Assembly: GCA_030390025.1 (NCBI GenBank)
Contig: CM059431.1
Coordinates: forward strand, 158,474,001-158,538,000
DNA length: 64,000 nt
Source of the DNA: Squalus acanthias
Taxonomy: Eukaryota
Direction: 5' to 3'
Below the pieces are notes generated by a model. That model was given only the letters and a program-made list of their open reading frames with translations, was not told the DNA's origin and made no database searches. A program made the translations under genes and the position numbers. Positions 13,618 to 26,429 of the stretch are shown in pieces; the stretch's first letter is position 1; every line of letters begins with the position of its first letter.

Positions 13618-16600
13618 GTGAGTAAAGCTGATCAATGGGCGCTACCAGTGCTGAGCCTCGGCCAACGGGAGCCCGACTGGAACTCGGTTGTGGAGATCAA
13701 CAACAACAACTTATATTTATATAACGCTTCTAACTTAGTTAAATGTACTTATTCGATTCACAGGAGTATTATAAGACAACAATTTGACACCGAGCCACAT
13801 AAGGAGAAATTAGGGCAGATGATTAAACTTGGTCAAAGAGGCACTTGTAATGGAGCGACTTAAATGAGGAAAGAGAGGTGTAGAGGCCGAGAAGTTTAGG
13901 GAGTGAATTCCAGAGCTTTGGGCCTTGGCAACTGAAGACTCGGCCACCAATGGCAGAGCGTATATAATCAGCGAAGCTCTGGACTGCAGAATTAGAGGAG
14001 CACGTTTATCTCGGGGGTGGGGTGGGAGTGGGGGGGCCGGGTAGTAAGAGAGCGTCGGGTGTGGTGCTGGAATAATTTAGAGATAGGGAGGGGCGAGGCT
14101 CCGGCGGGAATTGAAAACAAAGATGAGCATTTTTGAGATAAAGGCTTTGCTTAACCGGGATCCAATATAGGTCAGCGAGCACAGCGGGGATGTGGTGAAC
14201 GGCACTTGGTGAGAGTTAGGACATGGTCACCTGAGTTTTGGATTACCACACGTTTATGTAGGGTACAACGTGGCAGGCCAGCCATTTGTGCGTTGGAATA
14301 GTCAAGTCCAGGGGAAACAAAGGCATAGATGAGGGTTTCAGCAGCAGATTAGCTGAGGCAGGGGCGGAGATGTTACGTCTGTGGAAATAGGCTGTATTAA
14401 TTATGCAACGGATACGTGGTCGAACGCTCGTTTCAAGTTCAAAAATGACACCAAGGCTGCGAAAATTGTGTTTCAGCCTCAGACAGATGTTAGGGAGAGG
14501 GATGGAGTCGGTGCCGGGGAACGAAAGCAAAGTATTCCCAATATTTAACTAAAGAGAATTTCTGCTCATCCAGAACTGGATGTCGGACAAGCAGTCTGAC
14601 AATTAAGAGACATTAGAGGTGGCGAGAGAAATGGTGGTGAGGTAGAGCTGGGTGTCGTCAGCTTACAAGCAGAAACTGACACTGTTTTTTCAAATGATGT
14701 CTTCAATGGGCTTCATGTAGTAGAGAAATAAAAGGGGGCAAGGATAGATTATTGGAGAACACCAGAGATAACGATGCGTGAGTGTGAAGAGAAGCTATTG
14801 TAGGTGATACTCTGGCTACAATTGATCAGAATGGAACCAGACGAGTGCAGTCCCACCAAGTTGGAGGAGTGTGGAGTGGTCAAACATGTCATAGGCTGCT
14901 GAGAAGTAGAGAAGGTCGAGGAGGGATAGTTTGTCCTTTATTGCAGTCGTGAGGGATGTATTTTGTGACTTTGATGAGAGGCGTTTCGGTACTGTGACAG
15001 GGGCGGAAACCCGCTTGAAGGGTTACAAACATGGAGTTCCAGGAAAGAAGGGAATGGATTTCGGAGTCATAAGAACATAAGAACATAAGAAAAAAAGAAC
15101 ATAAGAAATAGGAGCAGGAGTAGGCCAATCGGCCCCTCGAGCCTGCTCCGCCATTCAATAAGATCATGGCTGATCTGATCCTAACCGCCAATCTACTATC
15201 TACTATCACAGAACCATCTCCTGCATCTAACAGAATTGCACACACGAAATAGGAGCAGAATCAGGCTACACGGTCCCTGTTCCCGCTCCACTACCCACAG
15301 GGCCATGACCGATCCGAACCTAGACTCTTCCAAATTCCTGCCCGCTCCCCGTAACCCTTAATGCCCTTTACTTCTAGGAAAATGTCTATTTCTGTTTTAA
15401 ATATATTTAATGATGTAGCTACTACAGCTTTTTGTGGCAGCATATTCCATGGACCTACCACCCTCTGAGTGAAGTAGTTCCTCCTCATCTCAGTTTTGAA
15501 AGAGCAGCCCCTTATTCTAAGACTATGTCCCCTAGTTCTAGTCTCACCCGTCATCGGGAACATCCTCCCCGCATCCACCTGATCCAACCCCTTCACAATC
15601 TTATATGTTTCAATAAGATCGCCTCTCATTCTTCTGAACTCCAATGAGTAGAGTCCCAATCTACACAACCTCTCCTCATATGACCACCCCCTCATCCCCG
15701 GGATTAACCGAGTGAACCTTTTTTGCACTGCCTCGAGAGCAAGGATGTCTTTCCTTAAGTAAGGACACCAAAACTGTAAGCAGTATTCCAGGGGATTCTC
15801 ACCAATACCTTGTACAACTGAAGCAATACCTCCCTATTTTTATATTCTATCCCCCTAGCAATGAAAGCCAACATTCCATTTGCCTTCTTAATCACTTGCT
15901 GCACCTGCATACTAACCTTTTGAGTTTCGTGCACCAGGATCCCCAGATCCCTTTGCACTTCAGTACTCTCCAGTCTCTTGCCATTAAGATAATAAATTGC
16001 TCTCGGATTTTTCCTGCCAAAGTGCATCACCTCACACTTTCCAGTGTTGTATTCCATCTGCCAAATCTCTGCCCACTTACTTAGCCTGTCTATGTCCCCT
16101 TGCAGGTTTTTTTATGTCCTCCTCACTCACTACTTTCCCTCCCATCTTAGTATCATCTGCAAATTTTGATATGTTACACTTGGTCCCTTCCTCCAAATCG
16201 TTAATATAGATGGTAAAGAGTTGGGGACCCAGCACTGACCCCTGTGGAACACCACTAGTTACGGATTGCCAGTCTGAGAATGAACCATTTATCCCAACTC
16301 TTTGCTTTCTGTTAGATAGCCAATCCTCTATCCATGCCAGAATATTATCCCCAATCCCGTGATTTTTTACCTTAAGCAATAATCTTTTGTGTGGCACCTT
16401 GTCAAATGCCTTTTGGAAGTCTAAAAACACTACGTCTACTGGTTCCCCTTTATCCACTCTATATGTTACTTCCTCAAAGAACTCCAGCAAATTTGTCAAA
16501 CATGACTTCCCCTTCGTAAAACCATGCTGACTTTGTCCTACTAAATTATGATTATCCAAATGTCCCGTTACTGTTTCCTTAATAATGGACTCCAAAATTT

Positions 16601-17847
16601 TACCTACCACAGATGTTAGGCTAACCGGTCTATAGTTACCAGCCTTCTGTCTACTGCCCTTTTTAAATAAGTGTGTTGCATTAGCAGTTTTCCAGTCTGC
16701 CGGGACCTTAGCGGAATCCAGGGAGTTTTGAAAAATTATTACCAATGCATCTACAATCCCTACCGCCACTTCCTTCAAGACCCTGGGATGTAAGCCATCA
16801 GGTCCAGGTGATTTTTTCGCCTTGAGTCTCCTCTCCCCCTACAGCCCCTTGTTTGTCCAGTGTTGGGATATTCTTAGTCTCCTCTACTGTAAAGACTGAT
16901 ACAAAATATTCATTCAGTGTTTTTGCCATCTCCATATTTCCCACCATTAATTTCCAGGTCTCATCCTCTAAGGGACCAACATTTACTTTAGCCACCCTTT
17001 TACTTTTTATATAACTATAAAAACTCTTACTATCTGTGTTTATATTTTTTCTAATTTACTTTCATAATCTATCATCCCTTTCTTAATCAATCTTTTTGTT
17101 ATTTTTTGCTGCCTTTTAAAGTTTTCCCAATCCTCTGTCCTCCCACTAGATTTCGCTACCTTATATGCCGTTGTTTTTAGTCGAATACTATCCTTAATTT
17201 CTTTACTTAGCCACGGATGACTGTCCTTTCTTTTACACCCTTTTCTTTTCAGTGGAATATATATTTTTTGGAAGTTGTAAAATAACTCCTTGAATGTACA
17301 CCACTGATCATGTGTCGTCTTACCCTTTAATCTATTTTCCCAATCCACTCTACTCAATTCCGCTTGCATACCTTCATAGTCTCCTTTATTCAAGCTTAGC
17401 ACGCTTGTTTGAGATCCAACCTTCTCACCCTCTAATTGAATATGGAATTCAACCATGTTATGGTCAAACATTCCAAGGGGATCCTTTACTAGGACATTTT
17501 TAATTAATCCTGTCTCGTTACACAGGACCAGATCTAAGGTTGCTTGCCCCCTGGTCGGTTCAGTTACATACTGCTCAAGAAACCCATCCCTAATACACTC
17601 AATGAACTCATCCTCAAGGCAGCCCTGCCCCATTTGATTGTCCAATTAATATGATAGTTAAAATCCCCCATAATTATAGATGTTCCCTTATTACATGCCT
17701 CAACTATTTCCTGATTGATACTCCGTCCAACAGAGTTGCAACTGTTCAGAGGCCTATAGACTACGCCCACTAGTGTTTTTTCCCCCTTATTATTCCTTAT
17801 CTCCACCCAAACTGTTTCATTATCATGATTTTTTGACCCAATATCAT

Positions 17848-20800
17848 TGACGTAATAAAGACTCACTACAAGGCTTTAATCAACTTGTAACAAAACATGG
17901 AGGTCTAGTTAGCAGTCACTAGCTTCCTGTTTCCAGATTGTCTCTGCCCATGGTGGGCCCATGCCTGAGTATTTATACTCCCTGGACGGCGCCCCAGCTG
18001 GCCGCCCAGTAGTATTTCCTGAGTTGTTACTTGCGATTTATGACATTCTTCCTCCCTAAAAGGTTTGGAAGTCCAGTCTTCCTTTAACGGACTAGGCGGA
18101 CCAGAAATAGCCGCAGACGTTTAGCTCTCTGCTTGTGACTGGAAGGCACGTCTCCCCAGACCGTGTCCTGGTCCCTGGGTCGCTTGGCCCGTACCGGTAA
18201 GTCAGTAGAGTCCGCGTCATCTTGATCATCCTGTGGAGGACTGGGAATATCATGACTCCGGGTGCGGGTCCCCACAGGTGCTGAGCTGGCCTCATCCCGG
18301 GTCGTGGCTGGAGATTGTCCGGCGTCCTGGTTTCGGGTGGCCATCCTACGGGGAGCGTCCAGCTCCCTGAGTTGATCCGGTAGCTTTGCCGGCAGATCCC
18401 CCGATGTCCCAGGCGGGGCGTCATTTTCATAGGGGTGCGGAGTGTTGATATCATTGTCGGGGGATCCTTCATCATTCGGGCCCGTGTGACCGGTTGGGCA
18501 GGGAGCCAGATCTCGGAGCGAGACGGTGGTCTCCCGGCCATCAGGGTACCATACGTGCGCATACGTGGGGTTTACCTCCATTAACTCCACCTCGTCAACG
18601 AGAGGGTCGTTTTTGGCACACCGGACGAACCTCCGGAGTAGTACCGGGCCTGGAGCCAAAAACCATGACGGTAGGGACGTCCCATGTGTAGAGCGACGCC
18701 GGAATTTGAAGAATCGCTCATGAGGCGTGACATTAGTAGATGTGGAGAGAAGAGACCTGATAGAGTGTAACGCATCGGGGAGCACCGTTTCCCACTGCTG
18801 GTCCGGCAGGTTGCGTGACCTTAGTGCCAGACGGACAGCGTTCCAGATGATGGCATTGTATCGTTCAACCTGTCCGTTACCGATTGGGTGATATGGTGTC
18901 GTCCTACTTGAGGCGATTCCCCGTTGGGAGAGATAACTTTTAAGTTCACTCGACATAAAGGAGGGACCCCGATCAGTGTGGTTAAAATTGGCCGTCCCGC
19001 AAAGAGAAAAGACCTGATCGAGGCATTTAATTACCGTAGAGGTAAGCATATTAGGGCAGGGGAAGGCGAAGGGAAAGCGTGAATACTCGTCCACCATCGT
19101 AAGTAGTTAGGTGTTCCTTGTCGACGAAGGCAATGGCCCTTTAAAGTCTATGCTGAGCCTCTGCATAGGCTGCATTGCATGTATGAGTGAGCCATCTGAT
19201 GGGCGAAAGAATTGTGGTTTCAATTCTGCACAAATCTTACAGGAGGAGCATGTTTTCTTTACGTCCTCGGTTGAAAATGGTAGATTTTTGGAGTGCACAA
19301 AGTGCAACATGCGGGTCACACCAGGATGGCATAAGTCCATATGCAAATCCGCCAGAGTCGACGTTGACATTGAGGAGCAAAATGCCCGTGTGAAGGGGAG
19401 CAGGGGCTGTATTTTATCGAAGAAGTGTGGTATCCATTTTGCGTAATAAGCAAACATGCCAAGTGCCCGACGAAGAAAGCCGAGGTTCGTCGCGGGAGGG
19501 AGCTCCTGAAGTGGACGAAGTCGATCTGGGTCCGGTTTAATAACACCGTTGCCCACCCAGTAGCCAAGAATGTTCACCGATGGCACCGACTTCACCAATT
19601 TGGATTCGTTTAACGTTAAGTGGCGACGGCGGAGTACGTCAAAAAATCTCTGAAGATTGGCGTCATGCTCCTTTTGATCATGGCCGGCAATAGTGATATT
19701 GTCTAAATACGGAAAGGTATCCGTCAAGTTCTCTTGCAGGACTAGGCCATCCATGGCCCGTTGGAAGACGGCCACCCCATTGGTGACCCCGAATGGAAGG
19801 CGGCGAAACTGGAAAAGCCGACCATTGGCCTCAAACGCCGTATACTTCTTGTCGGAGTCTTGCAGTGGCACCTGATGGTACGCGCTTTTTAAATCGAAGG
19901 TCGAGAATACCTTGTATTTGGCAAGGTTGTTGACCATGTCATCTATGCGTGGCAGCGGGTAGGCATCCAGATCGGTATATAGAATAAAAGTCTGCGAATA
20001 ATCGATACTCAGACGTTTTTTATGTTGTTTTAAGGGATTCCTCACGATGACGACCTGAGCCCGCTAGGGAGATGAACATGGCTCGATAATACCGTCGACT
20101 AAAAGGCGAGAGATTTCCGCCTCAATAAACGCTCGATCATCTTGGCTAAAGCGCCGCAATTTGGTGGCTATGGGTTTACAGCGGAGGGGAAGATTGGCAA
20201 ACAGGGAGGGTTCACCGAGTAAGGCCGCCGAGAGTGCACAAAACGGCACCTTAGAAATGGTGAGCTCCGGCCTTGACCCTCCAAACTCAAAAGTGATCTT
20301 CTTGTGCTGCTTCTGGAAGTCCTGTCCCAGAAGCACATCGCTGCATAAGTTTGCGAGTACTCCGAGCCGGGTGGAGAGATACGTGCGGCCGTTGAGGATG
20401 AGGTTGACCAGACAGAAGCCAGAAGAATTGGTGGTCAGAGTCGTCAGAGCCATTGCAATCTCCCTGTCCGCGGGATAAATGTGCAGTTTTAACCTGTTGA
20501 CAGCCCGCTTACTAATGAAGCTGTCAGAGCTGCAGGAGTCGATTAGCGCGCTTAGAGTGTACCCATTTACTGAAATCTTCGTGGCTGCATGGGACAAACT
20601 TTGGGGAAAAACAGCCGTGATGGGAGGAGGGGCAATTTTCCCTTCGGCAACTGTAGCCTTAACAGTAGTTCTTGGGGGAGGAGCAGCTCCATAGATAGCA
20701 GCTGTGAAGCTAACAGGAGCTCTCGACCGGTATACTTTAGAGGAGCGGCCTTTCTTGTTAGCAAAGGCCCGTGACTGGCATACCTTGGAAAAGTGTCCTT

Positions 20801-22396
20801 TCTTGCTGCAATGATTGCAGGTCACATTACGAGCCGGGCAAAATTTTCTGTGATGGCACGCCCCTCCACAAAATAAGCACTTTCTTCCTGATTGCCAGGA
20901 TGCTGCTAGGGCGGGGTCGTCATCAGCGAAGGCCTCTAGGGTAGGGTCGTCGTCTGTTAGAGTAGAGTCAACATCAGTGGGGGCATCCGCCCGAGACCTA
21001 CCGAAAGACTCATTAAAGGAGATAGCCGCCGCCCGTGCACGTGGTGGGAGATAAGTGTCTGCATTCTTCTTGGCCAAGTCCAAGGAACACGCCTGGTCAT
21101 AAGCAGCCCGTAAATTGAGGGTTTTATTTTCCAGCAGGCGCTGACGTATAAAAGGGGACGCGATTACATTGATAAAGGATTCGCGGATTAGTTCCTCTTG
21201 ATACTGTTCAGCTGAAACTGCTTTAAGGTTACAATCCTTGCTGAGCCTGCGAAGTTTCTGGAGAAATTCATCGAGTGATTCCCCAGGCTGCTGCCGAGTT
21301 GTGGCCAGTAGGTGTCGAGCAAAGATTTCATTTGGGGACTTGACATATAGCTGCTGTAAGATTTCGATAGCAGTGTCATAGTCTATACAGTCCTCAATAC
21401 AATCATACACATGAGGAGACACGTAGTTGATAAGCATTCGTAACTTATTAGGGACATCCGCCCCACATTCTTCAAGAAAGTTGCTAAAGGTACGAAACCA
21501 ATGCTTCCATTCCTTTGCTGCCGCAGGTGCATTCGGGTCCAGGTCGAGACGAGCGGGTCTAAGGAGTTTTTCCATGATGGATCAGTTTCTTGCCCAAGTT
21601 CTCTTCTGTGGTTCGAGTTGCAGCTGGTTGTTCCGAATCACCCAAAGCGTGGAGACGATATCAAGTTGATTAAATTGACGTAATAAAGACTCACTACGCA
21701 CTTGAACATAAAGCAAGGCTTTAATCAACTTGTAACAAAACATGGAGGTCTAGTTAGCAGTCACGAGCTTCCTGTTTCCAGATTGTCTCTGCCCAAGGTG
21801 GGCCCATGCCTGAGTATTTATACTCCCTGGAGGGCGCCCCAGCTGGCCGCCCAGTAGAACTTCCTGAGTTGTTACTTGCGATTTATGACAGGTTGTGTAT
21901 TTTTCTGCAAATGTTATAAGGTAGAATTCCTTCACAAGAGTAGCAAAAGTAAACGTTGTTCCATTAGAGGCTGAGACAGGAGAAATTATTATTGCGAATA
22001 TGGAACTGACAGAAAAGTTAAACAAATATTTTGTATCTGTCGTCACAGTAGAAGACACAAAAAAAATACCGAAAATGGCATGGAACCAAGGGTCTAATGA
22101 GGGTGAGGATCTTAACGTAATTAATAGAAGTAGAGATAATTTACGAGAGAAACTAATGGGACTAAAAGCCGCGAATTCACCTGGAACTGAAGGCCTACCA
22201 CCTAGGGTTCTAAAAGAGGTAGCTGGAGAGATAGTGGATGCATTGGTTTTGATCTGGCCAAATTCCCTCGATTCTAGAATGGTCCCATTGGATAGGAAGA
22301 TCGGAAATGTAACACCGCTATTCAAGAAAGGAGGCAGAGAAAGAAAACAGTGAACTACTTGGCACTCAACTGAGTTGTTACTTGCGATTTATGACA
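17848..22396 (-). mobile_element. Gypsy/Ty3 LTR retrotransposon copy 1 (Mag-like gag with two CCHC knuckles), 5-bp TSD ATCAT
   Basis: LTRs TG..CA at 17848-18045 and 21676-21890, plus a 27-bp LTR end at 22370-22396; PPT at 18046-18057; ATCAT at 17843-17847 and 22397-22401; domain order gag-PR-RT-IN. Confidence 0.95.
18084..21575 (-). pseudogene. Gypsy gag-pol polyprotein, one frame with stops at 20064 and 19107; RNase H apparently deleted
   Basis: Gag CLFCGGACHHRKFC and CNHCSKKGHFSKVC; protease LIDSCS; RT YPLPRID, FDLKSAYHQV, LPFGV, YLDN; integrase H..H..C..C, DFKGP, HTDRG, GQVER. Confidence 0.92.
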
Positions 22397-22859
22397 ATCA
22401 TTACTCTGTATTACAGTGATTCCTTCCTTTATTAACATAGCCACCCCACCTCCCCTTCCTTCCTGCCTTTCCTTCCTGATCGTTAAATAACCTGGTATGT
22501 TTAATTCCCAGGCATTGTCACCCTGCAGCCATGTTTCTGTAATGGCCACAATATCATAACCATATGTAGTTATTTGTGCCATTAACTCGTCTATTTTGTT
22601 ACGAATGCTACGTGCATTCAGATAGAGAACTTTTCAATATGCTTTGTGGCACTTAGATCCTGCTTTTTCACTTTTTACCACTTTACCTTTTACTCCACAC
22701 ACTCTGCCCCTTCCTGCCATGCTCTATTTGTGATTCCCCTACTGCTACCTATGTCTATGACCCTCTCTGTTGTCATTTTTATTTTTTGCTCTCTTGAAAC
22801 CTCCCCCCCACTAATTAGTTTAAAGCCCTCTCCACAGCCCTAGTTATTCGATTCGCCAG

Positions 22860-23759
22860 GACACTAGTCCCAGCACTGGCCAAGTGAAGTCCGTCCCAAC
22901 GGAACAGCTCTCTATTGCCCCAGTACTGGTGCCAGTGTCCCAAGAAGCAAAACCCATTTTTCCCACACCAGTCTTTGAGCTACGCATTCAACTCCCTGAT
23001 TTTATTTACCCTAGCCAAATTTGCTCGTGGCTCAGGTAGTAATCCAGAGATTATTACCCTCGAGGTTCTGCTTTTTAATTTGGCCCCTAGCTGCTCAAAC
23101 TCCCTCAGCAGAACCCCTTTCCTTGTCCTATCTATTTCATTGGTACCAACATGGACCACGACAACTGGATCCTCCCCCTCCCACTCCAAGTTTCTCTCCA
23201 GCCCAGAGGAGATGTCCTTAACCCTGGCACCGGACAGGCAACACAGCCTTCGGGACTCTCGCTCTTGGCTGCAAAGAACCCTATCTATCCCCCTAATGAT
23301 ACTATCCCCTACCACTACAACATTTCTTTTTACTCCCCCCACTTGAATGGCCCCCCTTACCACGGTGCTGTGGCCAGGTTGCTCATCCTCCCTGCAGTCC
23401 CCGCTCCTATCCACACAGGGAGTAAGAACCACGAACCTGTTGGACAAGAGCAAGGGCTGCGGCTCCTCCAACACTACCTCTTGGATCCCTGTACCTGCCT
23501 CACTCGTAGTCACACCTTCCTGTCCCTGACCACGGGCTACTTCTGAATTAGTTACTCTAATTGGTGTGACTACCTCCTGAAACACGGAGTCCAGGTAACT
23601 CTCCCCCTCCCTGATGTGTCGCAGTGTTTGAAGCTCGGACTCCAGCTCATCAACACGGAGCCGGAGTTCCTCGAGCAGCCAACACTTACTGCAAGTGTGT
23701 TCACCGTGAACATCAATGGTGTCCACCAGCTCCCACATATTGCAGCAGTAACACATCAC
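22860..23759 (-). pseudogene. CR1 ORF1 (zinc finger/coiled coil plus SGNH esterase), premature stop at 22980
   Basis: CxxC..CxxC motifs, LEELRLRVDELESEL, VVVGDSIIRG, VVHVGTNE. Confidence 0.9.
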
Positions 23760-26275
23760 CTGATCTCCGATTCTATGTAATTAATTAAAAATGTATTATT
23801 TTCCCTTCAGTTAATTTATGCCAGCAGTCTCCGCTACACCACAGATACCCGAGAAACTATAAACTATGGAATTGAAGTTTTGTATAAAAAAAAAGAGAAA
23901 TACTCACCAACCAATCACTTACCTGCTTTCTGGTGACGTCACAATTCGATTATTTTTTACCTCTCTCCTGCTCTCGGCTTGGTGAAAGCCGACCTGGTCG
24001 CTGCCGCCTTTTACCGCCGCCGCCTCGCCGCTGTTGCTCCACCCAGGTCCGCCGCCTCTGTGGGCCTACCTGGTCGCTGCCGCCATTTACTGCCGACGCC
24101 TCGCCGCTGTTGCTCCACCCAGGTCCGCAAGGACGTTGGAGCAGAAAGTGAGGTTGGAGATGGGGCGATAATTTGCAAGGAGGAAGGAGTCGAGGATTTT
24201 TTTTTGAGGAGAGTGGTGTTGACGGCAGATTTGAATAGAGGGGGACAGTACCTGAGAAGAGAGAACGTTTGACAATGTCAGCTGAGAAATGAGCCAGAAA
24301 AGGAAGTTTGGTATTCAGCAGTTTGGTGGGAATAGGGTCAAAGAGGCAGGGACTGTGTCTCATGGACAAGGTCAGCGCGGAGAGGTCACGAGGGGAGATC
24401 GGAGAGAAGCTGGATAAAGAACGACTTCAGGCTAGGGTAGGTGGAGCCTTAAGTGAAGTTTGACCTGCTGGGCTAGGGGAAGTAAGAGGAAACACACAGG
24501 CAACTGCTCGTATGATGTTAATCTTAGAGACAAAAATGTTCATGAGCTCTTCGCCCTTGTTGTTGGAGGTGAGGTTGGAGGAGACAGATGATAGGCGTTT
24601 AAGAAGACGGTTAGCAGTGGAGAATAGAAGCTGCGGTTTAGCTTTGCATTCCAGAATTAATCTGGAATAGTGAGCATTTTTTTCCAGATGAGAGGAGGAC
24701 ACGATACTGCTTTATGTGGACCAGCCAGATCTGGCAGCGATTGACTAAAGCATTTGTTAGCCTTATCGGTTCAAGTCTGCTTCTCTTGGTCTTGAGGGAG
24801 CGAAGATAAGCGCCGTACCAGTTGGAACAGCCAGGGTGAGACAGTGTCATTATTTTAACAGTAACTACAGCATCGAAGGTGGTGGTGAGAGTGGTAGAGC
24901 AGCTCGATACCTGCAGAAATGTAGTAGTGAATGGAGGACCATAGGTTGGACACTAGGGATTTCGTAAGTGCAGTTCAAAGATAGTTCGGAGTTTTTTTCC
25001 AGGGGCGAAAAAAAAATGATGTAGTGTTCGGGATGAAGGGAGATGTTGGTGCAGAGTGATAGTAGGAAATGGTCACTATGGCATTATCTGCGCTTGACAC
25101 GGTGGGAATAGCGAGGCCACGAGAGAAGGCAAGATCGAGGGGGAGGTCGTGAATATGGTTTGGGGAATTTACATGGCGGGAGAGATTAAGGGAGGATAGG
25201 ATGGCAGTGAACTCAGAGGAGAGAGAGCATGATGAATTGAGATGTATGTTGAATTCACCGAGGATGAGAAGACGCTCAGTGCAGATGCTGAGGGAGGAAA
25301 GCAGTGAAGCTATCTCGGTGATAAAATTATCATGGTACTTGGGTCAGCCTTGGAGAACGACAATTTTAAATGAGAGAGTAGAGTTCTGGAATAAGATGAG
25401 ATGCTCCAAGGAGAATAACATTGCGGATGAGTCGGGGAAAAGTCCAACGTGTGATTTGGTGATGAAACACCCTCTGCCGCCATGGAAGTCTGGTCGGGGC
25501 AATTGGTGGAAACTATAGCCAGTCGTGGAGGCTTCACCTAATGTTAAGGTGTCATTACCCCTCAGCCAAGTTTCCGCCAGGGCCATGATGTCGATGCAAT
25601 CTTCCACGATCAGCTCATGGATGGCAAGGACATTGTTCGCAAGAGAATGATAATTCTGGAGGGAAATGGAGAGAGGGTCGGTGATGGCTAACCCATTGCC
25701 AGCGTCCACAGCGTCAGCGCTGAGAGTGGTGCGTTGGATGGGGAGCAGTTTGACAAGATTAGTCACCAGCGTGCGGGCTGAGAGGGAAGGTCGGCTAAAG
25801 AGTAGGATAATACATTTGGGATTGCTGCTCGTGAGGAGGCAGCAACGAGTGCCATGGTGGGCCTTTTGGAGGAAGGCAAGAGAGGCACAGAGAGCAGCTG
25901 TAGACTTATCTAACAGCTAATCAAGCCTGGGATGGCAGCAGGAGAGTAGGAATTTCGAAGAGTTTTGAAGGTTTCATGTAGGAATTAGGATGGCAGTTTA
26001 TCCGTGAAAGGAGATGATAGGAGAGAGCGATCACAGAGGGAGAGAGAGAAAATGCACAGGCAAGATCAGCGGTACTCACTGGTTTTCACTTGGCAGCTGT
26101 CTGTGTCACACCTGCTGTGGAGTGTTGATCGTAACACTCGGGTAATGTTCGATCCCGGAGCTAACAGCTGTTGTACTGTTGGGGGAGAATGACTTGATAT
26201 CATGTTTAACATGGTTGCGTTCTCCTTCTCATTTTAATATTTCCGCTTAACCCCCGTGTTAATCTTATATTACAG

Positions 26276-26371
26276 AGCATCGGAATCTGGGAATCCCTGC
26301 CCCCACCATGGCTGCAATTCCAAACAGGGAAGATGAGCCAACATCTTCAAAAGGAATGGGAAAGGTCACAG
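26276..26371 (+). CDS. Putative start-codon exon copy 1 (ATG 26308; MAAIPNREDEPTSSKGMGKVT, phase-1 donor); possibly the first coding exon of a shark NLR-like gene
   Basis: ttacAG acceptor, CCCACCATGG Kozak context, CAG|GTAGGT donor; three paralogs. The family guess is from recollection of shark NACHT-LRR N-termini and is unverified. Confidence 0.55.
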
Positions 26372-26429
26372 GTAGGTTCAGAAAATATTTTAAAATATAA
26401 TTTCTGTCTTGGTAATGTTTCCAGATCTC

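Larger units (their letters stand above)
15068..24127 (-). mobile_element. Full-length CR1 LINE (5' UTR, ORF1, ORF2, tail), interrupted by Gypsy at 17848-22396
   Basis: (AGAACATA)n tail at 15068; ORF2 pieces 15291-17866 and 22355-22582; ORF1 22980-23759; GC-rich tandem repeat in the 5' UTR at ~23985-24127. Confidence 0.93.
13700..26050 (-). mobile_element. Long L2 LINE split by the CR1 at 15068-24127 (pieces 13700-15067 and 24128-26050)
   Basis: (CAA)n tail at 13700; L2 RT text LQAGFRPCHSTETPLIKVT; endonuclease IDIMALAETWL (25344-25766); L2 resumes at caaggacgttggag (24128). Confidence 0.85.

Noticed and set aside
18092..18562. 156-aa alternative-frame ORF overlapping the integrase tail in both Gypsy copies
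   Set aside because: The copies are near-identical and GC-rich, so shared openness is uninformative; no recognisable domain
26086..26177. Minus-strand exon candidate (cccaacAG..|GTGAGT) in the triplicated block
   Set aside because: Donor is lost in the ~33480 copy and acceptor is lost in the ~52070 copy; not conserved the way the plus-strand exon is
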